This document shows positions 38,800-49,724 of a stretch of 64,000 bases of DNA, piece by piece. This DNA comes from Takakia lepidozioides. Lineage: Eukaryota; Plantae; Bryophyta. The number at the start of each line of letters is the position of its first letter. Position 1 is the first letter of the stretch. The stretch is from contig CM060732.1 in assembly GCA_030704615.1 (NCBI GenBank), forward strand, positions 42,036,001-42,100,000, read 5' to 3'. The notes under the pieces were generated by a model that was not told the DNA's origin, ran no database searches, and worked only from the letters and a program-made list of their open reading frames with translations. The position numbers were made by a program, and so were the translations under genes.

Positions 38800-39988
38800 G
38801 CTCTGTATGCTTGGTTGTACCCTGTTCCAAGCAAGCAACCATCTTTCTACTTAACTCCTTCATCAACATGTATTCCAAGTGCGGGAGCACCATGGATGCA
38901 CGCCAAGTGTTTGAAAGAATGCATGACCGAGATATATCTACATAGAATGTAATGATAGCAGGGTGTGCCAAGCATGGGTATGGTAGGGAGGCTTTCAAGA
39001 TGTATGAGCTAATGCAACATGAAAGAATGACTCCCAACGAGGTGCTCGATTCCTGCCCAATCACAGTTACAAGAGCTGTTTTTGTTTCAATTCATTTCCT
39101 ATGTTTGTGGTTTTGGATATCTGATTTGAATGTAGTGGTAGTTTCTGAAATTACTTCATATGGAACCTTGTTTTGGGTTATTCATGATGGCAGGGTTGAA
39201 GATCAGGCACATTTGTTTGCTGGACACCAGACTTGTGGCAAGGCTAGTGCCTCCACCATGACCACTACTTCGGTAAAAGGGTTAAGAGAGGGAGTCAACA
39301 AGAAATCTTCCAGCATTTATGAGGATGTGAGGATACTATGTAAGGCAGGAAGACTGCTGCACATTTTGACCTAACAAAGCATTCGGGTAGATTCCAATTT
39401 TTATGGTTGTCTCTTGCAGGAATGCATCATTAAGAAAGACCTAACAGAGGGAAAGCAGGTGGATGCCTACATTATCGAAAATGGATTTAAAGCCTGCTCA
39501 ACACCAACATCAACATGTATGCCAAGTGTGGAAGCGTGGAGGCTGCGCGCCAGCAATTTGACAAAATGCCTAAACGAACTTTGTTTCTATGGACCATAAT
39601 GATAGCAGGATATACCAAGGTTGGATGTGGTTTGGAGGCTTTCAAGATCTACGAGCAAATGCAAAGGGAGGGGGTGACTCCCAGCAGGGTCACTTTCATC
39701 TGTATTCTTAATGCATGTGGTAGCCTAGGAGCTCTGGAAAAGGGAAAAAATGTCCATGCAGACATCATCAAAGCTGGCATTATTTCAAACATAAACTTGA
39801 AAACTGCCCTTGCTGACATGTACTATGCCAAATCAGGGAGTATGAAGCATGCGCATCAAGTGTTTAATAAAATGGGTCAACGGGATGTGGTCTCATGGAA
39901 CACCATGATTGCAAGATATGCCCTGAATGGGTGTGGTAGGCAGGCTTTGGAGATCTATGAGAAGATGCAACTTGGGGAAGGGGTGACA
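38800..39988 (+). pseudogene. PLS-class PPR pseudogene (N-terminal and central motifs), truncated at the junction with the large element
   Basis: NSFINMYSKCGSTMDARQVFERM..; MYAKCGSVEAARQQFDKMPKR..WTIMIAGY..VTFICILNACGSLGALEKGKNVH; stops and frameshifts. Confidence 0.9.
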
Positions 39989-41454
39989 GCTGGCTACGAG
40001 ACTCCTTTCAAACCGAGCAGTCTGTTCGTCTCCACCCCAACTCCTAAATAATGTCAACGTCCACTGGGCAGTGGAGGTTCTACAAAGTGGAAGAACAAGA
40101 AAGCATGATGGCATCAAAAAGAATAAAATCAGCCACAGTATTTTGAAAAAGGAAAAGGGGACAATGAATAAAAGTCACCTCGTTGGACTCATCTCGAATT
40201 CTTTTCGAGTTCATTTTGGGTGGCAAAATTCTCAAAGTATCCCGACGTCCCTCTCCAATGCAACGTGTTTTGTGAGGCATAAGGTCAGTATTGGCATTGA
40301 TAATGGACATGATGTTCCCCTCTGCCTGGAGTGTCCCTGGTCGAGGCCACTTGACGCCACAATTTCCGTGGAAAGATGACAAACAGCCCTCTTTACTGAG
40401 CTTTTTGTACTCCATGTACGTTGACCTTCCAATTCCGTGTATTATCCACCATGCTTTCTCACAAACATCGACACCTTCTATCGTAACATACGACCTGCGC
40501 GATGACCCATCCATAATGTGAAGTCGTTTTGAAACATTCAATCCAAGTTTTCTCCTCTCATCGAATGACAAACCCCAAAATGCAGTACAAATTGCCAAGG
40601 TTTTTCTCCAATCAAAATACTGGCAGCACTGAAGCTTGCAGCAAGGTTTGCTGCTCACCGACCTCACTTCATCCAAAGTAAGATTTTTCTTGCACTTTTT
40701 GGAGTCCTCCATATTGGATGGTTTCTTCTTCCTAGTAAAATGCCTGTATGCTGCTTTCTTTACGCCTGTACCATGGTCGTCATTCTCCATGTCACTGCAT
40801 GATTGTAGGAAATTTTCGAGATCAACGGAGAGTATCCGGCCATTTTCAAGAAGTCTTGTTTTTGTTAATGGCCATTTCACAATCGACATCAGTGAACCGG
40901 ATTCTCCAGAGATTGTTCTGGTGACCAAAACCCCAACATCGTCATCTCCGAGTTTGTCATTCAGAATGATCTCGTTAGGAATGCATGCCTGAATTCGGCC
41001 TTCGAACAGGGCGTTTCCGTCCTGCCCTAGAAGAAGACACTACAAGTTTCTCCAACAATCTCTCCCCAGACCTACAGGCAGATCCCCTTCAGTCTCACCG
41101 TTTGACGGAATTTCATTGCTTTCAGTGCTTTGTCCTTCATAATCACTATCTTCTGTGATGGAATGACATCCTGGGTTTCTCTGGGATGCTGAATCCACAG
41201 TTTCATGCGTGCGAACACAGGACACGTCCCACACAACTGGAGTCCCAATCGCCTCCATCAATGTGTCAGCATCCATGGGCCGATAAGGCAGAGGACAGGA
41301 GCCAAATGCGTCATCACAAAAGATCAGGGTAACTGAAATGGTGGACGAACACAAGTGGTGTCCGTGGCAAGTTCCTTCCCCAGAAACATTCAGGCAATCT
41401 CCTGAGGCAACAACTGAAGGAGATCCAGGAAGCGACAGAAACACCTTTTTTGCC
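39989..41454 (-). pseudogene. N-terminal part of a Cys-rich transposase-like protein (Sola-like by eye; upstream segment resembles an En/Spm TNP1-like domain); catalytic domain missing
   Basis: ORFs 41040..41444 and 40080..40928 are in one frame. KPCCKLQCCQYF..FWGLSFDERR..YVTIEGVDVCEKAWWIIHGIGRSTY resembles the Cys-rich region preceding the DDE core of Sola-type transposases. Donor GTGACT at 40178; the next exon is cut at ~39989. Family assignment is inference. Confidence 0.5.
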
Positions 41455-42149
41455 TACTTGGAACCCCATGAAGTTAGTAACCTCCATTGGGCAGTGGAGG
41501 TTCAGTAAAATCCTATTACAGGACGGAAGATTAACTGAAGGAAAGAACGTCGTGCCACCGAAAGGAGAAACTTTAAGTATAACTTTTTCGACGGTTTTGA
41601 ATGAGAAAAACAATATGGTTTGAGAAAGTAAAGTCAATGTTTGGATGTACACTGGGACTGATGAAAAACAATTGGAATTAAATTGGAGTATGAGGTTGGA
41701 GTATAGACTACATCTATCTGAACTGTTAGATGAAGTCACAAATGCCAACCTCCACTGGACAGTGGAGGTTGGATGATATCCGTTGATAAAATCAACCACA
41801 TGGATGAACAATGGATAATGAAGAAGCCCTCTGTGGATGAAAAATTGATTCTATGGATGGATGAATATTAATGTGGCGACTGCCCAGTGGAGGTTTGGGA
41901 GTAACTTTAGACAAACAAAAGCAAGTTTAGCTGGTGCACATGGTGAGTACACAAAAAAATGAGTATCATACTATCCTACGTGAGAAATGTGCAATTGACA
42001 CTTGAGACTAAGGAAGCAGGGAGAGACTCAGAGGCTGCTTCAGAAGTATTCTATGGGCAGAGTGGTGCAGGACAGGCAAAGAGGTACACGTTGTCCAGAG
42101 AGGTGCAGGATGTCCAGAGAGGTGCGTGAGAGAAAAGAAGCAAGTGAGA

Positions 42150-43500
42150 GGTTCACAGTGGGAAGTTGGTGTTGTGTTGAGTCGGACGTTATATAGAGGT
42201 GACATGTAACTTTCATCTTTGAATCGCTCCAATGGCAATATGGTATGCTTTCTCTCCCGGATCGATTGTGGCCACCGTGGATTAAGGCGGAATCGAACGG
42301 CTTATTTCAACTCGCAAAATCACGGCTTCATTGAAAGTGTGCACAATTTTTCATTTATTGACAGCAGCCATTGTCACATTAACTATGGAACAAACGATAA
42401 CGGCCGCAATCAGACTGAATTCTATCGTACTTGTACATTAGTAGAACTACATGTTTGGCATCATTATCGTGCGGCTCTGACAGCAGACTCTGGAATAAGC
42501 GTGAAGGATGTCGATTCTGACAAGTGGCCTGGAGAAATGAAGTCAGGCGGCTAATCGCCACAACTAATTTTGGACTGCACATTAACAATCGATCATTATA
42601 ATTAGCTGGGAGGAATCCGGAGGTGAACCATAAAGCACTTTGAGATTGTTCTGTTTATATTTATCGTGCAGTTACAGTGAATAAAACACTTGGGCAGGGC
42701 GGGGCATTACATGCCGGCGCATTTCATTGGACAGCAAGGGTGGTGCATTACAGGTGTGCGGAATGCTCTGTCGTGCCTTGCTTGCTTACACATGTTTAAT
42801 GTAGGGATGGACCTCTCGTGTCGGGTATCCCTCGATAAATGGGCAGTCCCTATGGTGGCTCTGGACCTTAAATCGAGGAATGCCCGACACGAGGGGCCAT
42901 CTACTATCCTTAAAGCCGTATGTCACATGGCACTTGCGGGTGTTGTCAAGGAATATTTACGCCTGGCGGCTAACAGCCGAAAGTGATTGTGGACGGCTCA
43001 TAATGAGACAATGATTATAGAGTGTGAGGAATCCGTAGGTACAGCGTTGTGTCCTCTGGCAGATTGAGTTCGAAACGACTGCCTAGGCGTGTCACGTGGG
43101 TGGTCACATGGGCGTTTGGGGCGTGGGTTAACGTTTGGTGGCTTCGAATCTATTTTAAGATTTTTATAAGCGTGAGGGTTGTAGAGTCTGACCAATGGCG
43201 TCATTACAGTCATTTCGTTCTTTTTTCATTCGTCTGTCCGGTCGTCTGTTCAAACGTGTGTGCATTCGTCATTCAATTTGGAACAAAAGTTGAACTAATT
43301 TCATCTGTGTGGATGGACAGTATTAATGTTAGTTTGCGTGGATGTGGCAGAACATCCATTTGGGCCGCGCGACCGTTCGATTTCGGACGGAGGCGATGGT
43401 TCAGATCATTCTTGAAGGTCGCTTATAAGGGGTGCGCTCTTTGAGCCCGGCCTTTGGGCTTCCTATTTTATACGCGTAAGCGCTGCGCGAGTGAGAGCTT
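42150..43500. promoter_or_regulatory. Putative divergent promoter region between the transposase-like gene (-) and the ParB-like gene (+)
   Basis: Minus-strand CTATATAA at ~42189-42197 followed by a CT-rich leader; plus-strand TA-rich motifs at ~43423 and ~43464, donor CAG|GTACAA at 43807 and a T-rich intron to 44826. Confidence 0.45.
42806..42901. repeat. Imperfect ~96-nt hairpin (core stem ~25 bp)
   Basis: CCTCTCGTGTCGGGTATCCCTCGAT (42812-42836) pairs with ATCGAGGAATGCCCGACACGAGGGG (42872-42896), with flanking GATGG/CCATC. Confidence 0.85.
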
Positions 43501-44827
43501 GACTGTTGAGTGAGGAGAGCGTGAAAGGGAAGAGTTTTAGAGCGCGGAGAGAAAGAGACTGTACACTGGAGCGTGGAGAGAAAGAGAGCAGATTTGGCCG
43601 AGTGCAGAGAGAGCAGAGGGTGAAAGGTGAAAGAGTGAAATAGGTGTTTTTAGAAGAGCGGGGAGGAGAGACATGACAGTGGCGAGTGGAGATTGACGAG
43701 TGCAGAGGCGAGAGCACAGTGCAATTACCGGCATGCAGAGGTGCGGAAGAGAGTATCAAGCGAAGGACTGTGGTTGCAGGGGCACCAAAATGGCCGGCAC
43801 AAGCAGGTACAACATTGAAAACTCCATTTTTTCGTCTTATGTTTCATGTTTTGTGTTGGCCTGTTCTCAATTCGTATGGCCTGCTCTCGATTCATGTGGT
43901 TTGTTCTCGATTCAATTCGTTTGGATCATGCTTCATTCTATGTTACACTGCACTGTCTTCAGTGCACTCTCATCTGTACTTCAGTGCTTCAGTCCGTGCT
44001 TCGGTGCACATTAGGTTTATGTTTCATTGTCTGCTTCATTGTTTGCTTCATTCTCTGTCAATTTATTTCACTCCTGCTCCATTCTATGCTTCAGTGCTTC
44101 ACTGTTGTTGTTCAATTCACCGATGGTTTGTAGGGTGGTTTTGTGTGGTGGTTTTGTGTGTGCTTGTTCTGGTCGATTAGGGTAATGGTTTAGGGTGGCG
44201 GGAGATTATTGTGCTGGTTGTATTGCTTGTTTTGTTCAATGTGGTGGTTTTTTTAGGACAATGGTTTCGGAAATGTCCGGTTGTTTATTTCTCAACCGTT
44301 TTCTTGATCCCCAAATCCAGCGTTAGTTTGTTCTTGTCAATAGTTCATGCATTTCTTCCCATTCAAATTCAATTCTGAATGGCAATTTTCATTTCATATC
44401 CATTTTGTCGAATTCGGCAATTCTGAAAAACCACGATAGCCTAGTCTACTTGTATTCTACACTAGACATAGGCTAACAGTAGGCTTCGTGCAGGCCAGAG
44501 TAGACTATTCGTAGACCAATGTCATGCACATGAGGAACCAAAAACTGGAACCTCCATTGCCCAATGGAGGTTCGCGAGAATTTTGTATGGGGAAGCTGAA
44601 AGACATTTTTTCACGTTAGGACGAAATCGGATAATTTCGGGAGAAATGAAAATGAGTGTGAGACGATGTGGGAACGAGTGATGGAATCATATGTGTAACA
44701 TTGTAAGTGTGACACATACTTTCCAACGAGACTGGGATACGATAATTGGGAACCTCCACTACCTGGTGGAGGTTCGACATTTCTTTGGGTCAGCCAGTTA
44801 CACACTCTGATAAGTTTTTATGTCAGT

Positions 44828-47800
44828 ATGAGAAGTAAGAGCGAGGGTGGGGAACCGGTGTCTGACGATGAGTACAAGACCGTCAGCTTAAATTGGAGCA
44901 AGAGACGGTGTTCGGTAGACGTGATGGAAGCGGACCATCCAGATCAAAAACATGGTGTTTCGGAACCAGATTGGGGGTCTACCGAGCCGAACAAAGTGTC
45001 TGGGATTGATGAAAATGTGACCGTAGAATCCCCGCGGAACGCATCCGAATCTCCCAACAATACACCTGAAGACATCTCCAAGTATACTCTGGCGGAAATA
45101 AGAGAAAGCGTTCATGTAAATAATGATGTCAACGGATCTCCTGCCTACTCCCAAGATTATCCGACATACACCCCTCCAGACTATTCCCCGGACACATTGG
45201 CGGCGATACAAGTGACCATTTTTGGATATCCCGCATCTCCGGGTTACTCGCCAGCATCTCCTGAATCTACAACAGGATCTGCAGGATATTACCCTCCAAA
45301 CTTCTCCCTGGACACTGCAACGAGACAGGGAGTCTTGGAACTCCTGGACGTCTCCGGATCTCCAAGATACTCCCCTGCGTCTCCTGAAAGTATCACCGGA
45401 TCCCCAAAATATACCCCTCCAGACTATTCGCGTGATACACTCAGAGATATCAGAAGGAGCATTTTGTAGTTCTTAGGTATATAATATAGAATGGTCTGAA
45501 TATAGTGCGAGAAGTCCCTGAGTAATTTTTGGACGAATTAGGTTCGAAGATTTCTATTGTAGATTTGTCCTGTTTCAGGATGATGTACTCAATGGCTCCT
45601 GAGCCTTATTTTCATTAAAGCTTTTTTCTACAACATCTGTAAAATATGGAGGATTTCCCATTTCATGTAGAAAGCCTCGTACATACGAACCTCCACTGTC
45701 CAGTGGAGGTTCTTATTTTTGGAATGATGGATGCTAGTAAGAGAGATCTTGTTATTTGATTATCTAATGAATTTGTGTTTGGTTGTAACAGAAGACATCC
45801 TACACCACCAGATTGCGTCCCGGGATTGATTGGAGATATTTGTGGCGCATTCGTATGCCGGAAGTCCTCACATTTCAAAACTGAGCATACTGCAATTTTT
45901 GAGCTTAACCCAGAGGTGACAGATTGGGGAATCGTGCCTGTCGGTACACCTCCTGATCACAAACTGTCTTTTCATTACAGAAGTCTTGGAGTAATAACAG
46001 ACTTAAAATACGCAGAAGCTCTTGATATAGAGCTTGAATCTAAAGAGGAAAACCCGATGTTGGTTTTGTTCCTACATGAGGATGCGAGAACCCCCAGGAC
46101 GTTTGGTTTCAAAGTGGAGGTGGGTCGTCTGAACAAGTCGTTGATGAGTGAATGCATTGCAATGGGTTTTAGATTTCCAGACGAGGGCTCAGTATTTACC
46201 GACGTAGGTTTGTCGAGGGCTTGGAGTATTTTTCTGGATCTTCTGCACGCAATGGTGAACGACATTCGCAAGAAACGAACACTAGAGGAAGCATCAAAGC
46301 CGAAGAGGAGAAAACACAAGTCGTCGATATCCAGCAATGATGACAATGAGGCCGGGACTTCCGCAGGAAAGAAGAAATAGAAGGAGGATCAGGATCCAGC
46401 ATTGATGTCAGATAACAAGAGACCTAAAGCTGGGGAGATTTTCGACAAGGAAAAATGCGAGAAGATGGAGGAGAGGCTCACGAAGGAATACAATGACGTA
46501 TTTCCATTCGGATTCGAGAGTACCTTCCTTGTGAACGTCTCCATGATGGAACTAGCTCCAAGGAGCATGGTTTATAGGCCGTTAAATATCAAGCATAAGG
46601 ACGAAGTGAAAGCGCGACTATTCCAGCTTCATTTGTTCGACTCCAAACATCCGGTGTATCTCACGCCAATCAACCCTTCCAATCCCGAGAAGATTATTTC
46701 ATCGCGACCGAAGCAATGGAAGGAAATGGACATATCCAGGTTCTTCGTCATACGTGGACAACACACCATCGTGGCAGCAAAGGTAATGGACTTCACTTCC
46801 ACCCAGACCTCTCTTTTAACAAACCTCCACTGGGCAGTGGAGGTTGGTGTTGAACAACAAAATTGGATATGTCCCTACATTTTCAGCTCTCTCACCCATT
46901 TTACATTATTTGTAGCAAGAACTTCTCGAGGATCTTGCCGACAGCGAACTGAAGGAGTACTACCGGGAGTGGCCTGCGAAGATTGTATGGTCTACCGATG
47001 AACAAAGGCTCCTGAAGTTGTCAAAGCTCCTCAACGATCCCAATAAGGCGCAAAAGTTTGATACAACAATGCCGGAGAAAGTTGCGCATGCGCGAATGTT
47101 ATTCAACCTGAGGGGGAAGCCAAAGAAATACAATGATCACACCACCAAGTCCGAGACGAAACAATGAAATGTATGCATTTATGGAATAAAAATCTACTAT
47201 TCACATTCATTTTGTGCTAAATAATACTTCTGTTGTCGGAGTGACACCTAATTTTTCCGTGGATGAATGTGCAGGAGTTCATGTTTGCCTATCATTTGAT
47301 ACTTGAAATGGGTAGCATTAAGGAGGCAATGGTCCTGGTACTTTGCGACGACAACGTTTGGAAGATTTGGGAAGATGTTTCCAAAAACTGGGAGCAGGGA
47401 AAGCTACTCGACCCACTTGGGATACAGTACAAGGGTGAACAACAACAGCTCACGAAATCTGCTATCGCAAAGCTGCAAGGGTTGAACAGATGGCAGCTGA
47501 TAAAAGTTGCGCAGAAAATCCTGGACCTGAAATTGATCATTTGAGATTACAAGGGACAAGACAAATGAATTCAAGGCATGAACAAGTACATGGACGACAT
47601 GAAAATGCGCGGTTTATAGTCAACAATGTTATGGAAGTGTTGGGGTGGCCTCGGAGGAGCAAACAGTGCACGGAACCGTACACAAAGGACGAGTGGCGTG
47701 AAGTGAAGAAAAAGTACCACTTCAATAAGGCAGAGTTCTCAACATTTAAAGACAAACTGGGGACGGATTACATCCAAAGCAAGATCAAGATGAACATGGA

Positions 47801-49691
47801 GACAAAACCACTCACGGCCGCTTTTGTTAAGTACGTCTCCTCCATCAATAAAGCTTATGAGGATAGAGAGGATGCCATGGCGATTATTTCAGCGAGTTTC
47901 AAGTCTCATTACGCTCTCATGCGGGGGGAAACAAAATTCACCGATGCCAAGTCCCGTCTGTGACTCGCACCGAAGAAACGGTTTGACAACATAGCGATGG
48001 TGTTCGTCAATACAATTTCTGAAGATGACTCTGTGGTATTTGAGTCCAAGGATTATGTGAACATACTGGAGGCTTTTGTGGCTCAGAAAATGAACACGAG
48101 TGCTTTTGTTTTCTTCTCGACGCAACCGTCCTCGGCCAATCTGGTCTCCTACATCCAAAATGGTCCCGAAAGAACATCGTATCTTGTCCGGCAGGGATTT
48201 TATGTTCCAGGGGAGTATGAAAATGTTTACAAAAACAGCGAAGACTTTCTCTCAGACTGTACTGTGCCTGGACTATGTATTTCCAGCGACACTTGAGGAG
48301 ATTCAGAATCCAGACGAGCACATCGCCACCGTACTCTTAATCGAGCCAATTTAGCTGATTCTGGAAGGGCCTTCTGAGAAGCCATCAGCTTTTGAAGAAG
48401 AGTGCAGGACTTATAATCATGAGCTACGAGTTGACACATATGACTATTTGGCCTCCCTGTTTTGTCGAGACGGGATGTCCGCTGTCAACATCTTCGGAGG
48501 CGTGATGTTGACGTACGCACTTCATGTAAGTGTAAAACCTTTTTTCATTTTAAAAACTATTTTTATATTTTTGATCGAACACGTCCTCTGTTTTACTGAC
48601 TGGGTTTATCTGCAGGCAAGAAACATTCGAGTGCTTGACATCAACCACTCAACCAAAAAAAAAAATTGCAAAAGAAAAGTTGAAGCGAATTTTAAGAAGC
48701 TTCAAATTGAGAATGACAATGTTGCTGAAGAGTTTGACGGCGGAGACGATGATGAGGATGAGGAGGAGGAAGATGAAGACTTGGAAGAAGAAGGCGGACA
48801 TTCCGAACACGGAGAGGAAGACGAGGGCATCGATGGTAACGAGGACAAAGAGGGCCACGCGGGAGACAATGCAGACCGTTGGGAGGCTGGACACCTAGAT
48901 GTGATTCAGGACTTCAGAACTCAGTCACTGGATGGACTTGAGAACATCACGCAAGACGTTGCGGTCCACAAGGTCGTGATTCTGGATGTGGATTCGTCGA
49001 GTTCAAGCGAGAGAACTAAAAGTAATTCTGCTTCATCCTCAAGGGGTGCGGAAGCTAGCTCAATCGAGGTGGGCGGCAATATTGTTGGGAGTGCAGAAGA
49101 CTGGTTCAAACCTGTAGAAGGGGACGAGCCTGCACCAATGTCCCCGTCTCCCGCAAAAGATAGGGTAGAGAGAGCGAGGTCAAAGAGCCCGTGTCCCACA
49201 AAAGACAGCGGACAAAGAGCGAGGAGTAAGAGCCCGTCTCCCGGAAAAAACAGCGAAGGCAAAGGCCGAACTCAGAGCCCAACTTACTCTCAAAGTGTCT
49301 CCCAGCATGTCAATTTGGATGTAGGTAACGAATGACACCTGGAGATTTATGGTGTCTTTAAGTATTATAAATGGAACAAATTGTGTGTATTGCATCTGGT
49401 TGTATTCTTGTTGAGTTTTTGCCAATATCTAATGTGTATCTTGATATTTCAAACCTTCTTCCACTTTACATATGACTGACGGTTACAAAAATTCGTATAG
49501 ATCCATGAACGGAAATTGGAGGAAATCACACAAACCCGGACAGAATCCATCGCGACTCAAACAGTGAGGAGGCAGGTGGACTTAACAATAAGGGTCAGCC
49601 CACTTGATCTGGTCATACAAGCAAACTCCACTGCCAAGTCGACGTTGCGAGATGGAGGAGATGAGTCGGAGATGGTCGTTGCTCAGCGTTA
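44828..49691 (+). pseudogene. Large spliced gene: YSP-repeat N-terminus, ParB/Srx-like domain, degenerate beta-class DNA amino-methyltransferase-like region, acidic and RSKSP tail
   Basis: Exons ~44828-45470+, 45792-46782, 46916-47170, 47275-48525, 48616-~49320 and possibly 49501-49691, GT-AG bounded. LAPRSMVYRPLNIKH..VYLTP..FFVIRGQHTIVAAK resembles the ParB/DGQHR motif. ELRVDTYDYLASLFCRDGMSAVNIFGG aligns gaplessly with the QKPxxLxxxLIxxxSxxGDxVLDPFxG pattern. Several stops and frameshifts. Confidence 0.6.
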
Positions 49692-49724
49692 ATGAAAAGA
49701 GAGCGATCAGCCACAGCAGCAAAT

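Larger units (their letters stand above)
40056..46845. repeat. Dispersed 24-bp palindrome AACCTCCACTG-NN-CAGTGGAGGTT, 7 full copies plus 1 partial
   Basis: Copies at 40056-40079, 41479-41502, 41747-41770, 41879-41895 (partial), 44549-44572, 44751-44774, 45688-45711 and 46822-46845. Confidence 0.97.
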
